Positions 13,200-24,978 of a DNA stretch of 64,000 nucleotides are shown piece after piece. The DNA comes from Octopus bimaculoides (taxonomy: Eukaryota), in the NCBI RefSeq assembly GCF_001194135.2, contig NC_068990.1, forward strand, positions 37,587,417-37,651,416, read 5' to 3'. A model generated the notes under the pieces. That model was not told the DNA's origin, did not search any database, and saw only the letters and a list, made by a program, of their open reading frames with translations. The stretch's first letter is position 1. Each line of letters opens with the position of its first letter. A program made the translations under genes and the position numbers.

Positions 13200-13791
13200 C
13201 AATTGTAACTGTTGAAACCTTGAGCTTGTCCACTTGACAAGGAATGCATGATAAACTTCATTGTATACGATGCAGAAGTGTCAGGACTATTGCTATGGTA
13301 ATGAAGCTAAAGTATGCAAAGTGAGACTGCTTGGTACAGATTGACCTTGAATTCTGTTGTACATGCATGCTAACTTACAATGTTCTTGCTTATTTCTGTT
13401 GTTTAGAGCAGTGTTTGAAAGTAAAGTGTGTAGAGTGTGGTCATAAAATCCCCTTGATTACGTCAAAGAAGATGCAAACTTTTCAAAAAGGGTAGTAAAA
13501 GGTGACAGATCATGGATCTATGGTTATGACCCCAAAACTATGGCTCGAAAAGAATCTCATTTAAAAAGAACAACATTTCAAGACATCAAAGAAATCTAAG
13601 AGAATGCAACAAGGTAGCTGCTTGCTATCCCAATAAAGGAGTTCCAGGAATGCTTTCATGAATGGAAATGGCTCTGGATAAAGTATGTAGCTTCAAAGTG
13701 GGACCACTTCAAAGGAGATTATATGCCAAATTGATATCTGTTGTAATTTTCTTATTATAGCATTACTCTTAATACTTTTTATTAAACCTCA
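13200..13791 (+). mobile_element. mariner element, internally deleted and decayed
   Basis: KRVVKGDRSWIYGYDPKT (cf. ITGDETWVYGYDPET) is fused directly to C-terminal LKRTTFQDIKEI*...LLAIPIKEFQECFHEWKWLWIKYVASKWDHFKGD. It ends in the TIR-like TAATACTTTTTATTAAACCTCA followed by TA. Left boundary is approximate. Confidence 0.8.
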
Positions 13792-13803
13792 TATATGCAA
13801 ATA

Positions 13804-14029
13804 CAATAATCCCTTGACCATTGCAGGTGTTATGTTCCAAAACCTCCCACAGAAATAATTAAAATCTAAAAGAATATAATATCTACCGGCTGCAGAAATT
13901 CATGATATACTGAGGAGTTCACAAAATAAATTTACATATACTAGCTGGAAAAATCCTAAGTGTGTGATAGGTGAACCACGATGTACTGAGTGTGTGAGAG
14001 GTGAACTGTGATATGGCAAGGGATTACTG
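13804..14029. mobile_element. pogo/Tigger-type MITE
   Basis: TA|CAATAATCCCTTGACCA ... TGGCAAGGGATTACTG|TA; imperfect TIRs flanked by TA. Confidence 0.75.
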
Positions 14030-14159
14030 TACATATACATGTATGTATGTATGTATGTATGTATATACATACGTATATTGTTAGCAAATAATTATACATG
14101 CATATATATATATATATATATTATATGTACATATGTATGCATGCATGCATGTATGCAAG

Positions 14160-14290
14160 AATAATTATCTGCCTACGGTTTCCAGCTTTCATTTCTGCTC
14201 ACAAGGTATTGGTCATTCTGGGGTAATAGTGGAAACCATCTGTTCATGGTGCCATGTTGTCGGAATAAACTTGAAACAACATGGTGGTAA
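14160..14290 (-). mobile_element. SINE family A fragment, degenerate
   Basis: ctacggtttcc...ctcacaaggtattggtc...ggtaatagtggaaacca resembles the reverse complement of the A-family 5' half. Confidence 0.5.
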
Positions 14291-15420
14291 AGTGAATTCA
14301 TTAACGATACAGTTATGTTAACCATACAGTTATGTGTTATGATACTTACATGTATGTGTCTATGCATGTATACACATAAATACGCATAGTTGTGCACATT
14401 CACGCACATGTAAACATATAGATACCACACACAACACTTTGAAAAAGAAGGATAAATTAGAAAATTTAGTCCATTATATATAAAACATTAGGTGGTTACA
14501 GCTGGATAGCTTTTATTGTAGATTTCCCCACTTATGTCAGATCTAGCTCTAAGCAACAAAAAATAAATGTTTCCAGCCTGCTAGAAATTCTCTGTACTTC
14601 TAATTATTGACCTCCCCACTGTCAGTTTTATACTCATATGTATAGATATGGGTGTATGCACCCATAGAAAAATATTCATTGTATAAGGCCTATGTTACTG
14701 ATAAAACACTATCTTTAAGATAACATGTTAATGCTAATAAATATGTGTCTGAGACAGAGATGGAGACGGAGGTAAGAAAGGATTTTGTGGGTGGGTAGAC
14801 GTTTGTGAGATGTTGAAGGTGTAAAGTTTAAAATTCTTGTTTTTCTGGTAAAAGATTTACATGTAAATATTTTTCCAGTTTCTATAGCAAATAAAAGAAA
14901 AAACAAAGATGGCAAAACTGTAAATATATATTTCATTGAATTTTAATTTTAGTTACATTATTATGTGATATCTATAAGGATTGATTGCTTTGTTCTTGTT
15001 TTTGCTTGTTTTTTTGTTTTTGTTGTTGATGCTGATTTTTCACATTCCCTTGTAAATTTAAATATATTTTCCTTTAGAAATATTCATTGATACAAACTAT
15101 ATGATATTGATATACACTCACAAACAAATGTGTGTATAGTTATATGTGTGTTTTTGCCAATAAATTCATGCACACAAATACATACACTGATGCACATATA
15201 CACATACATAGATGCATGCATACACACACACACACACATCCATGGGTGCAGATAATCTTAGAGATAAAAACAAATCTGTTTGCTTCAGCGATGGTAAATT
15301 TTGTAAAGGTTAAATAAAAGACATTGTATGTGCATAGAGAGCAATAAAGAAATTAATACTTCTGTATCTACATCTATATTTACATTTATCTATCTATCAA
15401 TCTAACTACATAAATATATT

Positions 15421-15470
<50 letters not shown>

Positions 15471-18352
15471 TGTGTGTGTGTATACATACATACATACACA
15501 CATATACATATATATATATGCACCCACATATATATGCATATATGTATGATCACACACGTGTGTGTGTGTGTGTGTGTGTGAATATGTGTTCAGTTGCCAA
15601 CACCTGCTGTATTTACAAGTTTTCATGTTATTAGTGCATAAATTCACCACAACGATTATCGTTGTCAATATATCGTATCTTTTTATCATGTTTTTGTGAT
15701 GTTATTGTAATTTTTTTTTTTTTTTTGTAAAACAGTTTTTATGATGATATTGCTGTTCTTATTGTTGTTGTTCTTAAATTTGAACAAAATTAGAAGATAA
15801 TATAAAATTGAAAAACAAAAATTTCTTGAACAGAAATGTATACAATTTTTTTCTGAGCTATTTACTCAACATATTAATGAAATGAATTTTTTTCTTTAAT
15901 TCCAATTATTTTTCTAAGCTTTTTTTGTTCCAACCTTTTACAATTTCAGATAAATGATTCCTGGTCGAAATTCTGAAGAATTTCCCAATGAAAATGCCAA
16001 ATTTAAGAATAAAAAAAATAATCTAAATATCTTTATTGATATATCTTGTGAATTAAATCATCTTTAACTATGAAAATCTTCAGATATATATACGTATGTG
16101 AATACATTTTTTTAAATCCTTTCATTTATATTTGCAGACGTATACAACTCTATATAAGTATTTGTGAATGAATCGACACATATACACATACATTCACATA
16201 CACTCATTCGCATACATTCATTCGCATACATTCACACCCTTGGCACCTGCATATGCACAGTTTCCTGTATGGACGTTTGTAGACATACAATCAATTACAT
16301 TCTAACATACACAAATACTCACAAATATACACATTCTCACTCTTATGTATGCTCTGTGATATAGATTTATATTTATAGCAAAACACTCACACACATACAC
16401 ATCAAGAAACTGTTTCTGTTTTCTTGCACCTTTCTTCAACTTTCAAATTATTTAATAAATGTTGGAATATATATCTATATATATTTTTAAAATCTTTTGA
16501 GTCACTTTCCAAATTATAAATATATTTCTTAAAATAAAGCAATTAGTTTGTTTTTCTTAAATTGAAGATTACATCTGTACTGTTGTTGCTGCTGCTACTG
16601 CTACTAGTGACAGATCAATTTCTTGTGGTATTTGGTTACATATATTTGTGTTCTAAGTTCGAATATTGCCAATGGCTTCACTATTCCAGTCTTGAGGAAA
16701 TAAGTGCCAGTTAAATACATGGGTAGAGTCAATTGGCTGTGTCCTTTCATAAATTATTTCCTTTGAGTTTACAGGAAAAAAATCAAAGAAATCAAAATTA
16801 TATTCATTTTGATAGAGCATCATTTTTTTTGTACGAAGTATGGAAATTTGAGGGAAAAGGAGAAACAACAAAAAATAGAGTACCTCATATTCAATGAAAC
16901 TGAAGTAAAATGACAAATGATTCCCCAACTCACTTTCACTGAAAAAGGTTAGCACAGTTTCATTAACATTCATATTGCCAACATTGACAACTGTGCCAAT
17001 CTTACCATCATTAGCAACATCAAAAATAGCCATACTGAAGATGGTGGAAATTGATGACAAGAATTATTAGCCACAAACTTTGTGTCTTCATCGGATGGTG
17101 TCTTCATCAGATGGTGCCTTCAGAGCCATTATAGGTAATAGCAGCCACAGAAGCAGGAGTAGTAATATCAGTTGTGACACCAAATATACAAGCAATGATA
17201 ACATGTCAAGCAACACCGCTTCAAATTATGCCAACACCAACTAGTATAGAAAGAAATACAAGCCACTTGGGGTCCGTCTTCTGCTAACTGGTGAATAATA
17301 AGAATATACAAACACCTGCTGATAACAAAAGTAGCGCAAAAACAGCAAGAGTTGCTCTTAGAACAAGGGAAACAGCATTATCTCCATCAGCAATGACAAT
17401 AACAGTAACTATAGTAATGACGCCAACCACAGTAACAACAGTGTCATTATTGGTCAACTTCACCTTTCATTTTTTGGGGGCCAATCGATCAGATTGGCAC
17501 CCTATCCCAAATTTCAGGCCTTGTGCCTAGAAAGGATTATTGGTTAAAGTGATATTGAATTAACAATCCCTACTTCCCCACTTGAATTCATACAAACAAC
17601 TCTATTCCCAAAGCACTAACCATTCAGGCCCAAATGATATTAATAGAGATATTGTCCTTCTTCGTCTGTTTTTTACTTTGCATTCCTTCTGATGTTTCTT
17701 CAGATGAAGAACACAAGAAAGGACTATGGTGGCAGCAAAGAAGAAGGATGTAAAAACCTGAGTCAGTTGCACAATACTGATGGTTAGAAAGTTTGGGAAG
17801 ACATCTAAGAATCTGTCGACCACCCAACTAGCACCACTAGCGACAGTAACAAGCAGTAAACAAACCAACAAAACAAAATCAAGAATAGGGTAACCCATAA
17901 ACACAAGAACCACTGCATCAAAATAAACAACAGAACAATAATAACAACAATACCAACATTAACTAAGCATACATCAGTGACTTTCCATCGTCATCTTCAT
18001 AGTTGTATTCAGAAACCAATAGATTCTTTGAGTACATAATGCAACAACTGTGTATAAACAAAAGAGGAAGGCACCAGAAGAGTAATAGATTATAACAATA
18101 ATTTCTAACATTATTTACATTATTTACAATTGATAGATACTTGTCCTCATCTTGTTTGTTGTTAACATAAGGTTTCAGCTGATATACCTTCCAGCCTTAA
18201 TCAGGTGTCTTGGGGAAATATCGAACCTGGGTTCTCATTCCTAATATATTTTTCGATGTTATTATTATTATTATTCAGGTCACTGCCTGGAATCGAACTT
18301 GGAATCTTGGGGTTAGTAGCCTGTGCTCTTAACCACTAAGGATTACGTCCGT

Positions 18353-18423
18353 GGGCATATGACGTAGTGGTTAAGAGCGCAGGCTACTAACCCCATGATT
18401 CCGAGTTCGATTCCAGGCAGTGA

Positions 18424-18425
<2 letters not shown>
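18353..18425 (+). other. tRNA-like Pol III head of the palindromic element (mirror copy on the minus strand at 18278-18350)
   Basis: A-box TGACGTAGTGG (18360-18370), B-box GAGTTCGATTC (18403-18413) and a 7-nt anticodon-like loop CTACTAA. The acceptor stem is poor, so this is not a functional tRNA. Confidence 0.8.
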
Positions 18426-18462
<37 letters not shown>

Positions 18463-18511
18463 CATCGAAAAATACCTTAGGAATGTGAACCAAGGTTCAA
18501 AATTTCCCCAA

Positions 18512-18557
18512 GACCCCTGATGAAGGATGGAGGGTATATCAGCCTAAATGTTGTGTT
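18512..18557 (+). ncRNA. Minimal type I hammerhead ribozyme motif, degenerate (mirror copy on the minus strand at 18164-18209)
   Basis: gaccc-CTGATGA-a-ggatg-loop-cagcc-TAAAT-GTT-gtgtt. G12 and 15.2 are mutated relative to the family consensus gacac-CTGATGA-a-ggctg..cagcc-GAAAC-GTT-gtgtt. Confidence 0.6.
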
Positions 18558-18749
18558 AACAACAAACAAGATGAGGACAAATATCCGTCAATTGTAAATA
18601 ATGTAAATAATGTACATAATTCCTCATCTCTTAAATATAGAACAATAATTTCTAAGGTTGGCACAAGGCCACAAATTTGTTGGGGAGCTATGTAAGTGAT
18701 GAAATCAACTCCTAGTTTATAACTTGTCTATATGTATATGTGCATGTGT

Positions 18750-19018
18750 GAAGACGCATGGCCTAATGGTTAGGCTGTAGCACTCACAATCACTAGTTTG
18801 TGGGTTCAATTACTAGGCCAGGTGGCACATTGGGTTTTTTGAGTAAAATATTTCATATCACATTGCTCCAGGTCCCCTTTCAATCAGGGCAGAATGTTGG
18901 CACGCTCACCTAGCCATCAAGGTGTCATCATTCAAAAGCTAAAACGATGCAAAGCACACTGTGACCAGCGATGTGTAACAACGTCTGATAGCCTGGTCGG
19001 TCACGTGATCACATGATA
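18750..19018 (+). mobile_element. tRNA-derived SINE, family B (tail type 1)
   Basis: Colinear with 3246-3518 across head, core and ggtcacgtgatcacatgat tail. Confidence 0.82.
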
Positions 19019-19668
19019 TATGCATACAAGCAAGCATATATAGATGCATACATACACACAAATATGCAGAAATGTATAAACACTTTCAAACTTACACACA
19101 TATATACTTACATGCATACAAACACATATATTTCAATATAAATCAACATTAAAATTTATTTGAAATTCATTTATATATTTTCTTTGAACTTTTTCTGAAA
19201 CAAAACAAAAGCTCTATAAAAAGAAAGATTACAAAGGAAACATAAAAAATAATGGAAAGAAGGAAAGAAGATAAAGAGAAGGAATTCCATTAATCAATTC
19301 AAATATCTGAGTGTGATTAATGTCATAAAGCTGATTAGATTGGTCTAGACTTGGGTTAATCCATTGAATTAAAGGGGAAATCTTATAATATATGATAAAC
19401 ATGACAGGCTAAAGACTTGTAACATTTTAATTGTTATCTCTTGCTATGACTTATGGAGAATGTGTACGTGGAAGAGGTGTGATATGGGTGGAGAGGTATT
19501 CAGGGTTGGTGGGTGGGTTGTAACTAGGATTGACTAGGTGTCAGATATATGGTCAAATATATTTTGGAGAGACGATAAAAAAGATATAGAGAAAATGTAT
19601 ATTATATATGTGTATATATGTGTGTGTGTATGTGTGTGTGTGTAGATATATGTATATGATGGTTCTAA

Positions 19669-19720
19669 GGTGTAGATACAGGAGATGGTCAAACTCTGCA
19701 TACGGAGTAGACAACCACCA
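19669..19720 (+). mobile_element. Short 3' end of the C2H2-tailed LINE-like element, second copy
   Basis: ggtgtagatacaggagatggtcaaactctgcatacggagtagacaaccacca closely matches 43764-43815 and sits in TA/TG microsatellite. Confidence 0.7.
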
Positions 19721-20437
19721 TATATGTAGATATATATGCATGTGTAAGAATGTACATAACTCTATGTATATATGTATGTATGTATGCATATATGTATCTG
19801 TCTATCTATCTATCTATCTATCTATATGTATATATATATATATATACATATATATTTATATATGTATGTATGTATATAATCTTAAACTAAATAAGTAAGA
19901 AAGAAACAGAAAATTATGCAATAAATTTCATTAGCTTACAGCTGTTTCTGTTATGAGATGCTGTGTGCTCAGAGCTGTGTGCTTGTGCATCACCTTATAG
20001 CAGAAACAGCAGCAAGCTAATGAATTTGTTTGCACAATTTCCTGCTCCTTTGTCATTTAATTGATCTCATATTATGTTCTATACATTCGACTAACACTTT
20101 ATGATATACACTTTATTTGAAGCATATGCATGTTAAGTTCTAACATCAAGATATTGCTATGCTTTAGTGAAATACACATATACACACACACACAAATTAG
20201 TCTATTTCTCTTTATCTTCTTGTAACTCCGTACTAGAGATATTTGACCATATATCTAACACCGAGGGGGTATCTGGATGAAATCCAACCAATCATCGAAC
20301 CACCTGCCTTAAATACTATTCCACTCTCAGTTCACCTTTTTACATATGTCTCTTAAATCATACCAAGTGTATCTACCCTATATCAGTTCCTTTGAGTTAG
20401 TGATGCATGTATTTGAAGTAGTGCATTTAAGTTTATA

Positions 20438-20665
20438 TTGGGTTGTCCAGAAAGTTCATGCCAATTTATAGTAGCTTACCTTTCGACTTATTTGCCATGA
20501 AACCACCTCAATTCTGGGAAGAGGGCATTTTCAAGTTAAAGGAGAGATGGAGATGCATCGTGCAAGAAAATGGTTCATATTTGGTTGATTAAGATTGTAA
20601 TGGCAAGCATTTATTGACCTTTTCCTTTCCTTTAAAAATTGCCACGAACTTTCCAGACAACCCAG
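20438..20665. mobile_element. mariner-type MITE
   Basis: TA|TTGGGTTGTCCAGAAAGTTCATGCCAATTT ... AAATTGCCACGAACTTTCCAGACAACCCAG|TA, about 30-bp TIRs. Confidence 0.85.
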
Positions 20666-20834
20666 TATATCTACTCATCATGGAAATGAAGAGAAGTTAG
20701 TGATGTCTATTTGTTTATCACATTGGTTTTGTATGATTTTACGAATATGTTGTTATTGAATTTTCACTGTAAAATTCTTCTTTCTTTCTGAAAACAATTG
20801 GTGATTAGGGAAAATTTAACGTTGGGATCATTGA

Positions 20835-21050
20835 AGGCAGTGAGATGGCAGAATCATAAATGCTCCAGGCAAAATGCTTAGCAACATTTTGTCCGTCTTT
20901 ACATTCTAAGTTCAAATTCTGCTGAAGCTGACTTTGCCTTTATACTTCCAAAGTCAATAGCATAAGTACCAGCTGAACACTGGGGTCGATGAACTTGACT
21001 TATACCTCCTCTGAAATTGCTGGCCTTGTGCCAAAATTTGAAATCAATAT
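20835..21050 (+). mobile_element. SINE family C
   Basis: ggcagtgagatggcagaatc...ttctaagttcaaattc...gactttgccttt...taagtaccag...ggccttgtgccaaaatttgaaa. Confidence 0.8.
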
Positions 21051-21708
21051 TGTGATCATTTGGAATATGTTAGAGAAAATGACTCTCCAATGTCACCTTT
21101 TAATTAAATGTTTTGTTTTTTTGTAGAAAGTATTTCAGGGATAATTTCTTAGAAGAAATGGTAATATTGTAAAAAGACATTCATAAGCATAGTTTCTTCA
21201 TACTTTACAGATGTTGTTTGTCATTTCTTAAAAACAATGAAGAGATATGTAAGTTGTCATTGGCCAAGATAATAAACCTGCTGTCTCACTCTACCTAGAA
21301 GAACATAAATATAATCAAAAAAGAAATAGCTAATGCCATGAGAAACAAGTACTTCTGTATGAACCATCTTTGTGATTTGTTACTTTGTAGCGCTACTGGA
21401 ATCAGCTTTTTTCAGTTGTTGTTTAACTCCATGGCAATCATGACTAAGATCAATGATGAATGTCAGTTCAGCTGTGAGCATCCTACTTTTAAGTTTTCAA
21501 CATCTACGTTAGCAAATGTGTCCTTGTTTTAGGGTGGCAGGTGTGACTGGAGGGAAATTTGGTTACTACTTCTAGCAGAATAAATGAACACATGCAAGAC
21601 AACTACCTTAAGATATATATCAGCAACTAATGTACTCTGAGATGCATTCACTGGAATTGTACTTTGTGACTAATCAAGACAATCTTGCTGACTTTATCCA
21701 TATATATA

Positions 21709-21908
21709 GGCGCGGGAGTGGCTGTGTGGTAAGTAGCTTGCTTACCAACCACATGGTTCTGGGTTCAGTCCCACTGCGTGGCACCTTGGGCAAGTGTTTT
21801 CTACTATAGCCTCGGGCCGACCAAAGCCTTGTGAGTGGATTTGGTAGACGGAAACTGAAAGAAGCCCGTCGTATATATGTATATATATGTGTGTGTGTTT
21901 GTGTGTCT
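21709..21908 (+). mobile_element. tRNA-derived SINE family A, 5' half (runs into gap)
   Basis: ggcgcgggagtggctgtgtggtaagtagcttgc...gggttcagtcccactgcgtggcaccttgggcaagtg...gccttgtgagtggatttggtagacggaaactg. Confidence 0.9.
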
Positions 21909-22201
21909 NNNNNNNNNNNNNNNNNNNNNNNNNNNNNNNNNNNNNNNNNNNNNNNNNNNNNNNNNNNNNNNNNNNNNNNNNNNNNNNNNNNNNNNNNNNN
22001 NNNNNNNNNNNNNNNNNNNNNNNNNNNNNNNNNNNNNNNNNNNNNNNNNNNNNNNNNNNNNNNNNNNNNNNNNNNNNNNNNNNNNNNNNNNNNNNNNNNN
22101 NNNNNNNNNNNNNNNNNNNNNNNNNNNNNNNNNNNNNNNNNNNNNNNNNNNNNNNNNNNNNNNNNNNNNNNNNNNNNNNNNNNNNNNNNNNNNNNNNNNN
22201 N

Positions 22202-22570
22202 CTTGTTTCAGTCATTTGACTGCAGCCATGCTGGAGCACCACCTTTAGTCAAGCAAATCGACCCTGGGACTTATTCTTTGGAAGCCTAGTACTTATTCAA
22301 TCAGTCTCTTTTGCCGAACCGCTAAGTGACGGGGACATAAACACACCAGCATCAGTTGTCAAGCAATGCTAGGGGGACAAACACAGACACACATATATAT
22401 ATACATATACAACAGGCTTCTTTCAGTTTCTGTCTACCAAATCCACTCACAAGGCTTTGGTTGGCCCGAGGCTATAGTAGAAGACACTTGACCAAGATGC
22501 TATGCAGTGGGACTGAACCCGGAACCATGTGGTTGGTAAGCAAGCTACTTTCTACCTAGCCACTTCTGTG
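22202..22570 (-). mobile_element. SINE family A, near full length, reverse orientation
   Basis: Reverse complement of the 34406-34856 and 58280-58667 consensus. Confidence 0.9.
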
Positions 22571-23823
22571 CCTTGTGAAAATAGATACAATAAGTACAAA
22601 ATTGTTATTGCTGCAAAAAGCATAAACTACTGAGTGATTAGTCTCTTAGATGCTAGTACAGATGGAAAGTAATTAAGGATTTGTTGTTTATCCCTTAATC
22701 ATCCCTAAGCAGCAGACGTTTATAAAATGTTCCAGTCCTGAACGTTGAGTTTTCTGTGTATCAGGGACTACTCTTCCCAATATGTCCTCTTTTGCTTTAA
22801 AATTGGGAAGCTGCAGTTGGAGAAGTATTCAATTTTTATCTCTAATGATTGTGTAAAGGCTCCCTCATTGGTTTAGGATCAATAAGATAATATAAACAGT
22901 AAATTACCATTTACTGTGTTCTACGTTCTTGCATTAACATAGTGACATGGTTGTGTGTTCAAGAAGTTCACTTCACAACATTGTATTTGAAGTTTAATCT
23001 CACAGCTGGACTATGTGAAAGTGATATCTACTGCAGTAATGTATAGACTAATGCCTTGTGAAAGAAATTTGGTAGATGAAAATTGCAGAAAGCTCCATCA
23101 AAAAGATCAGTCATTGCTGTTGTTGGATGGTAGATTTTATTTTCTAGTTTAACATCACCAACTGGTTCTTGAGTTACTTTAGTAGACACCAATCTGTTGC
23201 AATAAATCTGACTAGCACTCTGGCTACTGGATATCTTCTTCACAGCTCTGAAGAAAGTCCAGTTGAGATCTTATTCCTCCGAATCATCCAGTAAAACACA
23301 GTCTAAGGTACAAACGAAGGAAAAGATAAAAGAAAAAATTCTGATGCAAGACATTTCTTTCTTTTATTTTCTTCTTAGGTAGGGTCAGAAATAGGGTATC
23401 ATTTCAATGAATCTTTAAATGATACTCACCTAAATTGGTATTCCAGTGTTCGATATCCAATAGCTCACTGAAGATATTGTCCATAAGTTTTATACTCAGT
23501 ACCATCATGATACTAATAATTAAGGGCATGAACAATCAACCTCAGTACAAGAGTGATGTTTTACTTATTGACCCTAAAAAGTTGAACAATAAAGCTGAGC
23601 TTGACAGGATTTGAGCTCAGAGAGCTGGAATAATTACCACTAAGCAATCTATCCACAATGCTCAAATGACTCTGCTAATCGACCATTTTATGTTAGTTTA
23701 TAAATAAGACAGGCACAGACATACATACATAGACATGTTGAAAAATGTTTTTATACATCCACTAATGTACACTGAAACATGAATATAAATCAATATGTAT
23801 GTTCGTATATACATACATAAACA

Positions 23824-23859
<36 letters not shown>

Positions 23860-23869
23860 NNNNNNNNNN

Positions 23870-24208
23870 GTGAAACTCCGAGTAACAGTCTTTTGTTATA
23901 TTTCTGCTGCTTTTAAATAAAGCATATTACTCTACCTCTGGTATTTGAGTACTCTTTTTTCCACCTTGTTGCACATTTTATGTGCTTACTCCAGTATAGA
24001 TATATGTACTACTTGATTGACCGTTGACTGAACACTATTCAATTTTTTTTCTCCGTGTTTTTCTCCTTGTCTCCGTATTCTTTCTGTTGAAGAGCGTAGC
24101 TCGAAACGTCAAAGACTTTCTGTATTCCCGAGCGTCATACTAATATATACTTTTGTTATTTACACCACCTGTCCTCGTCTGTTGTTATTATTTGTATATT
24201 CTCCCATA
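23870..24208 (+). mobile_element. Penelope-like pLTR fragment (second family) embedded in (TA)n
   Basis: Contains a hammerhead motif at 24079-24115, retains CpGs, ends ...gtatattctccc|(AT)n, and its 5' side abuts a gap after (TA)n. Confidence 0.65.
24079..24115 (+). ncRNA. Minimal type I hammerhead ribozyme motif (A6 mutated)
   Basis: tcttt-CTGTTGA-a-gagc-gta-gctc-GAAAC-GTC-aaaga: stem I tcttt/aaaga, stem II gagc/gctc, palindromic stem III ACGT and a GUC cleavage triplet. Confidence 0.7.
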
Positions 24209-24781
24209 TATATATATATATATACAAAGATGCAAATGCAAAATACAAAAAGATGCATAAATATTAATAATAAAGCAGATATCAATAAATCACAAACATG
24301 GACCTTGTGAATCATTTATAAATTGTTGCTTTAGCCTTGTTGTCAAGGTGGTTGCTACTATAACAACCACTATAATCACCCAATAATTTTATGAGAAGTA
24401 TAACTACCAAGAAAATCTGATATACGCTTTACATATGTACAATGTATTCCATAGATAGAATGGTTAAGCATTGGTTAAGCATTAGAACTTTAATACGTAC
24501 ATTTCTCAGGACATCATAGTGAGAGTGTGGGAAACTAGGTGAGATTCATTAGATTCTAGTTTTGATCCTCAAACAAGTAGTACATTGTGTTCTTCAGCAA
24601 AGCCCTTCATTTCACATGGCTCCAGATCACTTAGCTATGAATGAGTACTGGTTCGCAAAAAAGTTAATTGTGCAGTGGGCTTGAATACCGCTCAAAGGGG
24701 TAATGCCTTGAAAATGTCTTGAAAATTCATATAAGCTTTGGCTTTATTAGTCAGTAAGCTTGTAGACTTCTAAATATTTTT

Positions 24782-24978
24782 CAGACTGGCCTTCGTGCCA
24801 GTGGCACGTAAAAGCACCCACTACACTCTCAGAGTGGTTGGCGTTAGGAAGGGCATCCAGCTGTAGAAACTCTGTCAAATCAGATCGGAGCCTGGTGTAG
24901 CCATCTGGTTCACCAGTCCTTAGTCAAATCGTCCAACCCATGCTAGCATGAAAGTGGACGTTAAACGATGATGATGAT
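24782..24978 (+). mobile_element. Retroposon family D (well preserved)
   Basis: gtggcacgtaaaagcacccactacactctc...gttggcgttaggaagggcatccagctgtagaaac...ggacgttaaacgatgatgatg. Confidence 0.88.

Larger units (their letters stand above)
18109..18643 (+). mobile_element. Palindromic (fold-back) non-autonomous retroelement, copy 1: inverted arm + tRNA-like head + (AAT)n + PLE pLTR-like hammerhead tail
   Basis: About 250-290 bp arms are reverse complements of each other around a centre at 18351-18352. The 15-bp direct repeat AACAATAATTTCTAA lies at 18094-18108 and 18641-18655. The right arm ends ...CCTCATCTCTTAAATATAGAAC, and the left arm lacks the matching last ~31 nt. Confidence 0.9.

Noticed and set aside
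16653-17530. Thr/Val/Asn-rich ORFs
   Set aside because: Degenerate trinucleotide sequence with stops in all frames over longer spans.
18278-18425. Pair of functional tRNA genes (anticodon ACT)
   Set aside because: Poor acceptor stem, an anticodon not normally used by eukaryotic tRNA-Ser, and location inside a TSD-flanked repeat.
18109-18643. MITE / foldback DNA transposon interpretation of the palindromic family
   Set aside because: The TSDs are 13-15 bp and differ between copies, and the termini are asymmetric (one arm always shorter), unlike TIR transposons.
21211-21248. 38-nt plus-strand candidate exon (tttacAG...GTAAGT; DVVCHFLKTMKRY)
   Set aside because: Good splice motifs, but too short to distinguish from chance, and no partner exons were identified.
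23028-23317. Minus-strand 71-aa ORF, and a plus-strand LKKV (WH2-like) mini-exon
   Set aside because: The frame contains an upstream stop and alternative readings on both strands are equally plausible; no support without transcripts.
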